Position numbers and translations under genes: made by a program | NCBI GenBank assembly: GCA_030390025.1 | Contig: CM059433.1 | Location: forward strand, 32,180,001 to 32,244,000 | Length of the DNA: 64,000 bases | Reading direction: 5' to 3' | Source: Squalus acanthias | Lineage: Eukaryota | Part shown: in pieces, positions 48,086 to 61,619 of the stretch | How positions within the stretch are numbered: the stretch's first letter is position 1 | Layout of the letters: each line of letters opens with the position of its first letter | Notes under the pieces: generated by a model | The model's database searches: none | Seen by the model: only the letters and a program-made list of their open reading frames with translations | Told to the model about the DNA's origin: nothing

Positions 48086-50939
48086 CAGGATTTGTAAATA
48101 AGTGCTCCTTCTCCTTGTCCTTCTTCTTATGGTTGTTGAGGCAGTTGCACACCCAACAATGCTGAGAATGAGGTGCTGCAGCATCAATTAACCTCCCCTT
48201 TAAATAGTGAAAAAAGCCTGTGGCAATCACAACTTGCATTTAGACTGCTTCCGATATTGGTCCATCTTTTCAGTGTAATGCCAATGAGCTTGAGCTTTTC
48301 GACTAGAATCATGACTGCAATCGTTTTAATGAGGAGTGAAGACAAATTTTGCGTGCAGCTTAGATGATTTTCAACTGGCGCTACTTAACCATTTTTAGTC
48401 TAAACACTTCCCATTTCTTGGCTATAATGAATTTCTAGCCCAAGATCTTTAATTGAACAAACCCCTCACCACCCTATTTGGTTGATATCAACTCCACCAT
48501 ACTCTTCGATCCCCCTTTCTCCAGACACATATTTTGCTGTCTCTTGAACCTATTTCTATTATTTAAACAGTCCAATATCATTTTGTGGTCAACAAATCCA
48601 ATTAAGCTGCACATCACATTTCTGAGGGTGACAGTGTTAGGTACCATCGGACCAGTAAAAACAGCTCAAGTACTTATAGGGTGTATTTACACTACTAGTT
48701 TAGGGTTAGCGCAAAGCAGTTTCGGCTAGGCACTGATGCTAAGCTTGTGGAGTGCAAATATGGTGCCAAAGATCGAATTGGCATCAAAATAAAGCAGAGT
48801 GAGACTCCCTTCTACGAGGAACATCATTCCACTTCCCTCCACGGCAGGTCAAACCCTGACTTGGAATCCAGGCTGCATTTACACTGTCACCGCAGTGTTG
48901 GTGCGAAATGAAACCACTTTGCCAACATTACAGTTGTAGTGGAAATTCATCTGAAATCCCCTCACTTATACTCCTGGTATATCCGTATATTTCATTTTAC
49001 CTTGCCTGAGCAAGACTGCATTGATTTAGAATGGGAGTCATCTAGTATATTTCCGGGATATAACAATTATCTTTCCCCAATCACCCCTGTGGACTTAGGT
49101 CAATTTCATACACCTGATGAACTGGCTCAGAACAGAGAATAAGATCTCGGCCAACAGTAAGGGTAAGAAACTGTTCAGAATTGTGCTTCTTTATTGTATT
49201 CATAGAATTGTATTGTGTCTTATTTTATAAACTACATTTTATTCTCTAGAACTAAAAATAGCTGCGTACATGTAAAATCAGTGACACGGAGGTAAGTCAG
49301 CAATAGCTTAAGTGTCTTGTTGCACTTTCTGTTGTTGCTCCCAGACCATTGGAAAGGTATCGAGCTGCTATTTTGCTTCACCAAGTTATACACAATGCAA
49401 TGGGTTGACTGATGCCAAATATATCTTCAGGTGAGACTGAAAACAGAGAATGAGCTTACTGTCAAAATCACAGATACAACCAAGGGTATGCTTAACATGG
49501 ATGACAAATTAAATCCTCTTGAAATTCAGTACATAGATCAACATTTGTTTAACAGAGTCTGAATCCACATTGGACTTGTCTTTCACCAGAAAACTCTAAC
49601 AGGGCTGATTAACCCACTTGAAAGCTGCAAACCCAGCTCCACTACACTTCCTCTTCCCTGTCCTCTGTGGCAAATACATCAAATTGTATTCCCCTACGAC
49701 AGGACATGTCTACTAACAGAAATAGCTTATGTTGTTGTTTTGTTTTTTAAATCAATCACTGTTCTTCTCGCGTCTGACTCCCACTAGGGGCCAGTTTCAC
49801 GAGCACTGGGTATCTTCCGGGATCTAGTCCAAGTAGCCATCTTCATGTGTAAGCATAGGCAATGAGTGCTAGCAGCCCCTGGAGTGCATCACAACCAAGC
49901 CCAGTCCTGCCCTCAGCCAATGGCACACACACGCACATTCCAACAGGAGTCATTAGGTAGCAATCAGGAGTGGAGACTCTAGTTAACTTTTTCTCTCCAC
50001 AGTCCAAAGGCACTAAGATCCATTGTAGCACCCTTCCCACAATCCACGCTGAAGTCAGCCAACTAAACACAAAGCAGGATTTGCACCTAGCGCCTTTCTT
50101 TCCTCACTAGATGATACATTTATCAACTGAGGCACTCTGGCTTTTACCCTTTAAATTCATCTGACCTGGATAACTCCAGCTAAAGGTTATTTTAACACTG
50201 AATGGTAGAGGATCAAAAAATGCATACAATATTAATGGAATTAGGTGCCCCAATTACATATTCAAAGACCTTAAAACCAAATACTGGTAATTTTATTTAA
50301 GCACAGCAGAAAAGTGCTAAGTGAAAGATTTTCTATACTGCCAGCCCAATATTGCATCAAAAAGGATGGCAAATGTTCTTGTGATTATGAAAGAAATAAG
50401 TCAATGTTATAATGTAGGGAAACGCGACAGCCAATTTGTGCACAGCAAGGTCCCACAAATAGCAATGAAATAATCAACCAGATAATCTGTTTTTTAGCGA
50501 AGTTGGTTAAGATGTTTCAGCCTTTTAAGACTGCTCCAGCTACTGGTGACACCTTCGTGTACACTGACATGCCACTAAATCTACTTTACCGATGAACTAA
50601 ATCATTAAGCCAATTATTTTTGGAATAGATCCAATTAACTTTAGGCATGTTGCAAATTCTGAGTAGTTAGGTGTTTACTCTAATGAAGTTATAACTTGCA
50701 TTTGGCCAAGGCTTTAGTCTACACTTGCAGACAAGAGTCAATTTGATTGAAGTTGATGTTTTAATGTCCTTCAGAATGTTTTAGTTAAACAATTGTGCAT
50801 ACTATACTGATGTATGTGGATGTGTCAATATTGATGAGTTCTTCCACATTGCAATTTGTGTAATGACCCCTTTTAGTATCACATTACAATTAGAATTCGC
50901 AGTTTTGAGATGTACCTGATAAAACCTCATTCGGGATTC

Positions 50940-52798
50940 GGGATCAAAAAGGAGATATTCTTGTGGAGGCACATGGTATGGCTGAGGTACTAAATGATAC
51001 TTTGCATCTGTCTTCACTAAAGAAGTGGATGCTGCCAATGTAGCAGTAAAGAAGGAAGCAGTAGCGATATTGGACAGGATAAAAATAGATAAAGAGGTAC
51101 TTAAAAGGTCGGCAGTCCTCAAAGTAGAAAAGTCACCCAGTCTGGATGGGATGCATTCTAGGTTACTGAGGGAAGTAAGGGTGGAAATTAAAGAGGCTCT
51201 GGCCACAATCTTCCAATCCTCCTTGATACGGTGGTGGTGCCAGAGGACTGGAGGATTGCATAAGTTACAGCTCTGTCTAAAAAAGGGAGAGGGATAAACC
51301 CGGCAACTACAGGTCAGTCAGCCTAATATCAGTGGTGGGGAAATTTAAAGGGACAATAATCTGGGATAAAATTAATTGGCATTTGGAAAAGTATGGGCTA
51401 ATAAATTAAATTCAGCACAGATTTGTGAAAGACAAATCGTATTTGACTAACTTGATCGAGTTCTTTGATGAAGTAACGGAGTGGGTTGATGAGAGTAGTG
51501 TGGTTGATATGTATATGGACTTTCAAAAGGCGTTTAATAAAGTACCACGTAATAGAACAGTTAGCAGAATTAAAGCCCATGGGATTAAAGAGACAGTGGC
51601 AGCATGGATACAAAATTGGGTAAGGGACAGAAAGCAGTGAGTCGTGGTGAACGGTTGTTTTTAGACTGGCGGGAGGTACACAGTGGTGTTCCCCGGGGGT
51701 CAGTATTAGGACCACTGCTGTTTTTGATTTATATTAATGGCCTGGACATGGGTATACAGGGCATAATTTCAAAGTTTGCAAATGACGCAAAACTTGGAAA
51801 TGTAGTCAACAATGAGAAGGATAGTAACAGACTTCAGAAATGGGCAGACACATGCCAGATGAAATTTAATGCAGAGAAGTGTGAAGTGATACATTTTGGT
51901 AGGAAGAATGAGGAGAGGCAGTAAGAACTAAATGGTACAACTTTAAAGGGGGTGCAGGAACAGAGAGACATGGGGGTGTATGTACACAAATCTTTGAAGG
52001 TGGCAGGACAAGTTGAGAAGGCTGTTTAAAAAGCATATGAGATTGTTGGCTTTATTAATAAAGGAATAGAGTACAAAGTAATTAGTACAAATTAAGATAG
52101 ATTGATTTTTGGACTCTAGGGGAATCAAACAATATGGAGATCGGGCAGGAAAGTGGAGTTGAGGTCAAAGATCAGTCATGATCTTATTGAATGGCGTAGT
52201 TCAAAAGCAAGGAAGTTATGCTAAACCTTTATAAAACACTGGTTAGGCCTCAGCTGGAGTATTGTGTTCCATTCTGGGCACCACACTTTAGGAAGGAAGT
52301 CAAGGCCTTGGAGAGGGTGCAGAAGAGATTTACTAGAATGGTACCAGGGATAAGGGACTTCAGTTATGTGGAAAGACTGGAGAAGCTGGTGTTGTTCTCC
52401 TTAGAGCAGAGAAGGTGAAGAGGAGATTTGAGAGAGGTATTCAAAATCATGAATGGTTTTGATAGAGTAAATAAGGAAAAACTGTTTCCAGTATCAGAAG
52501 GGTCAGAAACCAGAGAACACAGGTTTAAGGCAAAAGAACCAGAGGCGACATGAGGAAACATTTTTTTATGCAGCAAGTTGTTATGATCTGGAGTGCACCG
52601 CCTGAAAGGGTGGTAGAAGCAGAGTCAATAGTAACTTTCAAAAGGGAATTGGCTAAATACTTGAAGGGAAAACATTTACATGGCTTGGGGAAAGAGCAGT
52701 GGAGTGGGATTACTTGAACAGCTCTACCAAAGAGCCAGCAGAGGCACAATGGGCTGAATGGCTTCCTTCTGTGCTGTGTCATTCTATGATTCTATGAA
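50940..52798 (+). mobile_element. CR1 LINE ORF2 3' half, degraded, with a small nested CR1 tail at ~52100-52197
   Basis: KSPSLDGMHSRLLRE, YMDFQKAFNKVP, VPRGSVLGPLLF, FAND and tail ttctatgattctatga. Confidence 0.9.
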
Positions 52799-53748
52799 TG
52801 TAAAATTTTGAGTCAGAGGTTGTCAAAAACACAAATTAAAAAAGATAAAACACAGAAACTTTTCACTAAGAGCTCTCCAAAAATCCATCAGTCCAATTTG
52901 AAGAATCCTACTTGCAGGATTGAGCCAGGAAACCAGTGATGAAGAGATTCATCATGTTAGTATTTCCTTTCTCAGGTGCATTATATGCCCACTGAAGCCA
53001 CAATGCTGGACTTGCAACAAGATCACAAGATAATTACGGATGTAGCCCATCTTAAGAGATATTAACATCATACCGCCTTTGAAATGGACTGCAAGTTCAG
53101 GCTTTCCGCATTGACAGATCATCCACATGGCTGAAGAAAAAACAATTGCTGGCGCAGAGGTGGGCACCAAACGCCCAGCAATTGCGTACAAAATTTTTAC
53201 GGTTGATGCAAACGGTTGATGTTTGCATCAGCATAAGGGGGTACATCAGCCATGTTTTAACCATTTTCATCTCGGAAATCGGATTGTTTAATTGTATCAA
53301 ATGAGTTTTTCTTGTTTCTGCAAAGATTGGAGTTTTAATGATGTCGATAACTATTATCAGCAAAATTAAATTTTTACGAACAGAACCAAGATGTAGTGAA
53401 GTTGGTGGAATGAAGCTAATTAGGAATTAAATTCCAATCCTGTAAAGTAATTATAAGTAAATCTGAAATGATGTAAAATCTAATACTGTTTCCTGATTGG
53501 AGGACCAGGCCCACGTGCTCCCAGGTATGCTTCTACACAGGCTGCGCCCTGGGATCGGTGGGCCATTACGCTGCTCTCCAATACGCAGTGTCAGAGAGCA
53601 AGTTTACGAAGGAGGGCCCCGAGCAGGTAGGTGCGTATTCTTTTCCCAGGTCCATGGCGTACTCCGGAGCTATGCCGCGGATTGCAATTTTTGGGCCTAT
53701 GAGTTAAAACTCAGCTTCACTCACAGTCCCAGCTTAATTCAATACAAT

Positions 53749-54509
53749 GAGGCAGAAATTCCGATCCCTACGGGTGTTTACGCGCTGTGTACTCACCCGT
53801 AGGGCCATCGGAAATGCCGGTTTTAGGCATGCACAGCGCATGCGCTGGAAACCGGCAATTCCGATCTGTCAAGAAAGCTCTTGACAGATCCTCCGCCTGC
53901 CCGGGAGCAGGGCCTCTGTGGGTGGAGAGTTCCGTTTTTTGGAGACCCTCCGCCCACAGAAAACACTTACAATTCTTGTGCCTGGTAAAAGCAGGCGTAA
54001 GGCCTGCTTTTACCAGGATAAGAGTTGAAAAAAAGTAAAAAAAAATAATAATTTTTCCACTGATTTATCATTTAAAAATACTTTAAAGAAAGGTAAGTTT
54101 ATTTTTAGCCCCATTAAAAACTTTAATTATTTTTTTCAAAAAATAACATTTTTGTTTAATATACTTAATTTATTGTAATTTAAAGTCATTTTAAAAATGT
54201 GATTTTTTTTTAATTTATTTAAATTTTACTATGTTTTGGGGGTGATCTCTATTCATTTATTTGACAGGTATTCCTGTCAAATGTATGAAGGGAGATTCCC
54301 TTCTCTGATTGGCTCCCCATGGCCCACGTGATCCCAGGGATGCTGTGAACCGCCTGCGCCTCTGGGATACGTGGGCCCTGCGCACCGGCAGTTTGGAGAG
54401 GCCCAGCAACAGAACTCTGCGCCTCCCGGGAGCCCTTCGGTCTAGGCGCAGATTTTTCCAGATCGCAGCCCTCTGCCCGCGGGAGGCCTGCGATCGGAAT
54501 TTCTGGGCC
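53749..54509. mobile_element. ~760 bp non-autonomous TIR element
   Basis: TIRs gaggcagaaattccgatc / gatcggaatttctgggcc, flanks AAT/ATT, GC-rich arms around an AT-rich core. Confidence 0.82.
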
Positions 54510-55764
54510 ATTTGTTTTGATGAGAAGTTGGTTGTCTCCACGCAGTTTTCTCAAAGAAGAATCCAAGCCACGCAATTAAACAGAAACACGCGGTAAGATT
54601 TAGTCAGATGTGTGGCTGATTGGCAACTCCTTTTGAATTTAGCGAACTGTTATTTAGATATTCAGAGCCTTTGGGGTTTATTTATTAGCATGGACTTTTG
54701 CAATCAATGAATTTTATCTTGAACCTTCCATCACAGTCTATCTAGGACTTCTAAAAAGAAGCACTTTAGGTAAATAATTCCCACAGTTGATGAGAAAAGG
54801 GTAAAATATTCAACATGGAAGAAGACTGATTACAATTGAGTATAGCACTGAGTTGTGAATAATTATTTTCTAGTATACAAGGAGTGGCAAAATTTTAATC
54901 CCACTGAGAAAAGTATGTTATGTTTTTGCTATTTATTCATTGTTTAATAAATTCATTTGACAGTTAAAGCCTAAAGCAAATTCCAGCGAAGCATCAATCT
55001 GCTGATTGTTGAAGATTCTGTGGAGGCGGAGGATAGAACTGCTATTAAAGCAATCTAAACCCAAGAAGATAACACCATTAAAGCATCCAGCAATATTTGT
55101 AATAGCAACCTACGACTGGAATTTAGCTTAGAGTTTACATATCTACAAAGTACACCAATTTAACCTGCAGTAATAAAGAATCTTTGTCATCTTCTAGGAA
55201 TTTTCTGCAGATCACAATTTTTAAAACTTTGGAACATAAAAATGCTAAGTCAGCAATTTGAAAGACTGCCAATTAACCTGGCAATTTTAATTGGATATGG
55301 AGCAATATCAGTGAGCCATGTGGAGTACCTTCTGCACAGCTTCTCTGGTAGTTTACATTATAGCCTGAAAATAAGGATTCTATCAATTAAAAAATGAGTC
55401 AAGTAGTACCGTTGGTCTCCTGGTAAAGTCATCCTTTAAATCCTCAGAGATATTGTCTTTCTTCCACGCTGGAGCAATTACAGTTTTACTGATAGGTTGG
55501 CTTCAGTCAGGATCAATACTTTGTCAGCGACACCAGCAACATCATCCATCAGATGAGCCAAACTCGCAGTGGGATTTCAGAATACTGCACTGAGAAGATT
55601 ACTGAAACATCTCCTCAGGGTGAATACTGTATTAATTACATGCATGTCAAAAAATGCACAATCCAAATTTACCATCGCATAAATACTTATGCCATAGTAT
55701 TGTGATTTACGGGCAATATACACTTCATGTAAAGTTGTCACTGTTTACATTTATTTAAATTAGT

Positions 55765-56520
55765 TTATGAGATGTGGCCATCGTTGGTAATATTTATTAT
55801 CCATCCCTAGTTGATCTTGAGAAGGTGGTGGTGAGCCTTCTTCTTGAACCGCTGCAGTCCGTGTGGTGAAGGTACTCCCACAGTGCTGTTAGGGAGGGAA
55901 TTCCAGGATTTTGACCCAGCGACGATGAAGGATTGGCGATATATGTCCAAGTCAGGATGGTGTGTGACTTGGAGGGGAACTAAGAGATCAATTAGTTCAA
56001 AAATATATTTCATCCACCAAAGGTGAAAATGATAAACTGACAAATACCTGCCCAAGATACTAGGATCCAAGACAGTCAGGTTATTGTGAATGGAGTCTGC
56101 TATGTCTCTTTCCTGTACTTCCTCCAATTTTAGTAGTTTTCAAAGGAGTAGGGAACAACAGGCTGAGATGACAATTATAACCTTATTCTGACCACTCCAA
56201 TCCTATGTTCTCAAACGACTGCTTCTTTGAAGTTTAAATGCAGCAGTCTTCAAGAAAATAAACTTCTTTCTGAAGGAGAAGTTTGTGACTCCAGCCCTAT
56301 TCAGCTTCAGGTTGATGGTCTATTGATTGATGAGAGGCTGAAAAATGAAAATGGCGCAATTTTGTTTGTTTCATTCATTCTGGGGATGTAGGCATTGCTG
56401 GCAAGGCTGGTATTTATTGCCCATCCCTAGTTGCCCTTGAGAAGGTGGTGCTAGATCTTCTTGAACCGCTGCAGTCCATGAGGTGAAGGTGATCCTACAG
56501 TGCTGTCAGGTAGGGATTTG
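55765..56520 (-). mobile_element. Two 3' fragments of the HHHLLK-ending LINE (55765-55980 and 56370-56520)
   Basis: Both match 13775-14000. Confidence 0.75.
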
Positions 56521-56939
56521 GTTGTGACAGGTGTGGGAGGTGAGGACTAGAGGCCTCGATAGACCAAATGACATTTTCTTATTCAATGCTCTCGTGTCCT
56601 TACACATAGTAATTTACAAATAAGTCTGTGATAACTCAACAAAGAAATTTGTGCATAATGGAAATACTTATTAAAATTCCCTGGCAAGCACAAAGGTTTG
56701 CTGAGATGATAAAAAAAATATTTTGCTTCGAGGCTACTTTTCAGCTTTTCTGCCAGATAGTTCACATTGCTGATTGATCAAATGGATACAACTGTTAAAA
56801 ATTTTAAAGTGTACTTGTGGGTCTCCCATGGCATTGCTCCTGGCGAGTTGGAGGATATTCTATCATGTAGCATACAATGTATTATCAGGGCTACTGGATT
56901 ACAGATTATGTCAAATCCTGTTTTTATTATAAGGCATTT

Positions 56940-57395
56940 TGCATAGAATTACATAGAATTTACAGCACATAAACAGGCCATTCGGCCCAAAATGTCTATG
57001 CCAGTGTTTATGCTCCACACGAGTCTCCTCCCACCCTACTTCATCTCACGCTAGCCTTCTATTCCTTTCTCCCTCATGTGTTTATCCAGCTTTTCCTTAA
57101 ATGTATCTTTGCCTCAACTACTCCTTGTGGTAGCGAGTTCCACATTCTAACCACTCTCTGGGTAAAGAAGTTTCTCCTGAATTCCTTATTGAATTTATTA
57201 GTGACTATCTTATATTGATGACCCCTAGTTTTTGGCCTCCCACAAGTGGAAACATCTTCTCTACATCTACCCTATCAAACCCCCTCATAATTTAGAATTA
57301 TAACCTCTCACCCCTCAGTCTTCCCTCTTCTAGAGAAACGAGCCCCAGCCTGTTCAGTCAGATAGTTATAACCTCTCAGTTCTTAAATCATCCTT
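56940..57395 (-). mobile_element. CR1 3' fragment
   Basis: Matches 8386-8850. Tail catagaattacatagaat. Confidence 0.85.
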
Positions 57396-57569
57396 TTGGA
57401 GATATTTATCATTATTATTTTAAACCAATCTCTGCACGACTGTCCATTTTTAAACAAAAAAACTCGATTTGATTATTATACATTCTTTAACCAGTGTATT
57501 TTTATTTATTATCTTTTTGAGAGGAAGACTTTGAGGACCCGTCTGAAAGAAAGTGGGATCCTGCTCTTA

Positions 57570-57884
57570 GGGCCCGATACAGACGGGGCGGGTTGCGTAG
57601 GCGGCGGGGGGTGGGGCTGGGCGGAGTTTCGGATGGGCAAGCTGTTGACTTTTAACTCCACAGCGTGTGACTTTTCTCCTTCACAGGTTCCCCACCCGGA
57701 AGTCAGTCTGATTGACAGGCTTGGCTTCCATCAAGCGGGGAGGACTCCTGGGGGTTCTTTGTCCCGCCTCCGTTAAACCCGGGTGGAGGATTGGAGGCGG
57801 GTTGGGGTCGGGTTTGAGATTTAAAAAATTTTAACATCTCACCCAAGCCCAACCCACTTGTTTTAGGGGGTTAAAATTCACCCC
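57570..57884. mobile_element. MITE-like element
   Basis: Right terminus ggggttaaaattcacccc followed by aaa. Homologous to 44030-44156. Confidence 0.65.
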
Positions 57885-58504
57885 AAAATGTCTGAGAGCC
57901 ACAGCTTGCAGAACCAATACAAAATTCCCAGTGCAGCTTTCACTCTGCTCATGTTGTTTTGAGTTAGACATGGGATAACTGGAAAGAGAGGAAACAACAT
58001 AGGGAAATCTTTTTGTCTAAGAGAAGCAGATACTATCCAGCCTGTAAGGTATGTATGTGATACCAGTGTTAACTGTAGGAGAAGCTAATATGGGGGACTT
58101 TCTTGTAGTACAATGTCCTTCTGCGATCACCATATTAAGTCCATGTCAATGACTGGTGGAACATTACCAGATAGGATAGAAAGACATTGTGGGAGGGGCC
58201 AAGGGCTTTAAAAGATTCGATTGAAATGGTTGCATGAAACATCAAACACTGGGCGTAACAAGGATGGCTACTGTTATTTGAATTACAGAAACTTTTGTAG
58301 GGATTTATCTAATAAGATCACCAAGGACTGTAAGCTGATCTGAAGGCAACAAAACCATCTGGTTGTTAGCCCCTACAATCATTAGCTACAGCTTAAGCTC
58401 TAGTTGGATCTTCTCAATCAGTTAGGAATCCCATCCCTTGGATTATATCCCAGCAGGACCAGGCTGGCAAACCTCAAGCACGGGGCTCTGATGACCTAAA
58501 CTTC

Positions 58505-58652
58505 TATAGAAGAAGAATGACTTGCATTTATATATCCTTTCACGACCACCGGATGTCTCAAAGTGCTTTACAGCCAATGAAGTACTTTTGGAGTGTAGTC
58601 ACTGTTGTAATGAGGGAAACATGGCAGCCAATTTGCGCACAGCAAGCTCCCA
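58505..58652 (-). mobile_element. DeuSINE 3' fragment
   Basis: Reverse complement of the Deu tail. Confidence 0.8.
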
Positions 58653-58865
58653 CTGTGAGGTGAGAAAAAGTTGCGATTTTCCCCTAATTGGTCAGTTGAT
58701 TTCAGAGGTGTGGGTTCCCCTGGGCCAATTAGTGTTTTGGGACTGAAACTCGCCTCTGCTGACCTCACTTATCCAGCTTCATTTAAGGGCTGCTTGCTGC
58801 CTTGGCTCATTCAACTGGTTTTTGGTCAATGGTGCACCACCTCCAAACTTTTATCTCCTTGAAGA

Positions 58866-59045
58866 ATGGCCAGCTCCAAGGCAAGGGCCTCCCCGAGGTT
58901 CTCGGATGAGGCGCTGGGTATGTTGGTTGAGGGGGCGAGAACTAGCAGGGAGGTGCTCTTCCCCTCATCTGGGAGGAAGAGGCCTTCCAAAGAAACCAAG
59001 GCTGTGTGGGTCCAGCTGGCAAGGGATATAACCTCCAGATCTGTG
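58866..59045 (+). pseudogene. Harbinger Myb/SANT-like N-terminus, truncated
   Basis: MASSKARASPRFSDEALGMLVEGARTSREVLFPSSGRKRPSKETKAVWVQLARDITSRSV. Confidence 0.85.
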
Positions 59046-59292
59046 TGCAGATTGGGTGATTGTTTCTGTTTATTGATGAAATGCCATTCCTGTGTGAATG
59101 TATTAAAATTAGGTGATGGCAAACTGTTGGCGTGATGGCATCTGTTATTTCGGCTTAGGCAGCTCCACTTTGCGGGCTCCGCGACACTTGCATGGTCAGG
59201 TTGGTGGTCAGAGTGAAAGGAGGCCAGAGAGTCATGTCCATTGTCTATCATGTGTTAAGAAGGAGCCAAGCACATGTACCACAATGGGCAAC

Positions 59293-60492
59293 CTATGCAA
59301 ATCTGGCCAGGATGAGTCCATCCCTTGCATCACGGGTGCTGCTGCTGCTGGTAGATACACCGCCGCTCGGTCCTCCTCCTTCTCCTCCTCCTTCTCCTCC
59401 TCCTCCTCCTCATCTGAGGAGGCTATGAACTGAGCCACTTGCTCATCAGGAAGCTGCAAGCCATGACACTGTGCCATGTTGTGCAGTGCACAGCAAACCA
59501 TGACCATTCTGGAGGCCCTGGCTGCTGAATACTTCAGGGCTCCACCTGATCTGTCAAGGCATCGGAATTGCATCTTCAGCAAGCCAATGGTTTGCTCGAT
59601 GATGGACCTGGTCGAAATGTGGCTGGCGTTATAGCGCTCCTCAGCCTCATTAGCTGGCCTCCTGATCAGTGTCATTAGCCACTTCTTCAGGGGGTAGCCC
59701 TTGTCACCAAGGAGCCATCCGTTAAGTTGGTTTGGCAGATTGAAGAGCGGAGGAACACTAGAGTTCCGCAGGATGAAAGGGTCATGGCAACTACCACAGA
59801 ACTTAGCGCAAACATGCAAAATCTCCTTCTTGTGGTTACACACCAGCTGTACGTTGAGGGAGTGGAAGCCCTTGCGGTTGACAAAGATAGCTGGGTTTTG
59901 ATGGGGTGCCCTAAGCGCCACATGTCTGCAGTCTATGACGCCCTGCACCATTGGCAAGCCTGCCATATTTGCAAAGCCAACTGTACACGCGGTTACACTT
60001 GCTTGATCCTTTGAGAAGTGGATGTAATTGTGCGCCTTTGTGAAAAGGGCATCGGTAACCTGCGTGATGCAACTGTGGGCGGCCGACTGGGAGATGCCAC
60101 TGATGTCTGCTGATGATCCCTGGAAGGAACCTGAGGCAAAAAAGTTGAGTGCGGTGGTGACTTTGACAGCCGCTGGTAAGGGGTGTCCACCCGCTCCTCT
60201 GGGCTCCATGTGTTGGTGCAGCAGTGCGCAGATGTCTCCGACAACCTGTCGCGAAAGTCTAAGCCTCCTTTGGCACTGCTGCTCAGTCATGCTGAGGTAG
60301 TTCATCCTCTGTCTATAATCCCTGAGAGGGCGGTATCTCCTGCGGCGACGTGCCCTGTGCAGCATCAGGTGGGTGCGCAGGAGGTTGGCGCTCCTGCTGC
60401 TGTTGCTGCTGAGCTGCCTGGTTCTGCTGCTGCCGTGGCTGCTCCTCATCCGAATCTGAGGTCCATGGTGAATGGAAATAAATAGTTCCCAT
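59293..60492 (-). pseudogene. Harbinger (HARBI1-like) DDE transposase with uninterrupted core
   Basis: ORF 59232-60449 has VIDC, LGDKGY and IIEQ (DDE triad) and CCALHN. Compared with sibling copies, the true start (MGTIY, 60492) and end ([10 protein letters not shown], 59293) lie in other frames, implying two terminal frameshifts. Confidence 0.92.
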
Positions 60493-60775
60493 GCTGCTGG
60501 CAGATACCTCCGCTGGGGAAGCGCTCAGTCCAAGCAGGGAGAGGGTCTTACAAGGAGGTCCCACAGTTCAGAGATAGAAGCTGCAGCACCTCCAACTTCG
60601 GTAGGCCTGCTAAAAGTGCTGAAAGACCTGTGGAACAAAAGTTCTGCCACCTGCAACTGATCCCTGATGAAAGCTCCATTTTAATGGTGGAGCTGCAGCT
60701 GTGAGGAGGCAACCCACTTGTCAACCCGCCAGGATTAGCTGGCGTGGTTTAGGAGGGTCGTGCAACACGCACAAA

Positions 60776-61619
60776 GGGCTGGATTTTGTCAGCCCCGAGG
60801 AGGTGGGTATGGAGGCGGGATTGCCGGTAAAGTTGCAGAATGTGGGGGCGGCTGGCAAACCCGCCCCCATCCCGCCTCCGTGCCTTTTGCCAGGAGGCGG
60901 GAAGCCATCCTGCCCCGGGTCCCGACTCCTCGAGGCAGGAAAGGGATTAAATCCTATTAACTGCCTATTAACAGGTAGTTAACAGGCAGAAAAAAGGATT
61001 AGTCCCATTTTACCTTTCCAAGTGCAGGCTTCCCGACCTCGGAGAACCCCGCCGGGGTGGAAAAGCCGATTAGGAGGTCTGCGGGGGTCGGAGGGGTCTG
61101 AAAGTGAGATGTAGAGGTGAGTGATGGGTGCAAGTGTGGAGGGGTAAGTATGTAAGGTGAGTGCTAAGTGTTATAAAATGTTCACTTACCTTTGTTTCTG
61201 CCAACAGCCTTCAGCCGCTGTGGATCCGGAGTCCCGACATCTTCATTGTAGATTTCACAGACTGGCTATTGGATCCTCCGAACCAACAGCCAGGTGATTT
61301 CTGCAAAGTTGAAAGGTTTGATGAGTCCTGAACAGAAGGGCTCATCAAACTACACAGAATGTCAGTGTTTGACAGCTTCACAGAGCTGTCAAACGCTGAC
61401 ATTTCTTCTTTCAAGAAATCTTGACAGATGGCACGTCAGACGTTGACGTGCTCTGTCAGTGACTTCCCTCTAATTGGCCTGCTAAGCCCGCTGGGCAGGC
61501 TTAACAAGGTCAATCAGGGGAAAATCCCGCTGGTTGGCCAGAGGCTGATGGAGGCGGGACTGAGACCCGGCAAGCAGCAGTCCCGCCTCCAAGATGTCTC
61601 CATTGAGAAAATCCAGTCC
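60776..61619 (+). mobile_element. ~840 bp non-autonomous TIR element, copy D (more divergent)
   Basis: TIRs gggctggatttt / aaaatccagtcc and TSD AAA. Confidence 0.9.

Larger units (their letters stand above)
46791..48441. mobile_element. Non-autonomous Harbinger retaining a Myb/SANT exon and only the acidic tail of the transposase
   Basis: TIRs gggggagaaattc / gaatttctagccc and TSD AAG on both sides. Confidence 0.9.

Noticed and set aside
49112..49140. Hammerhead at ctgatga
   Set aside because: No stem II or GAAA in the proper position.
59232..60449. Host HARBI1 gene
   Set aside because: It lies inside a TIR-ended element with a convergent Myb fragment and has three degraded paralogues in the window. 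It is a transposon copy, so no gene symbol was given.
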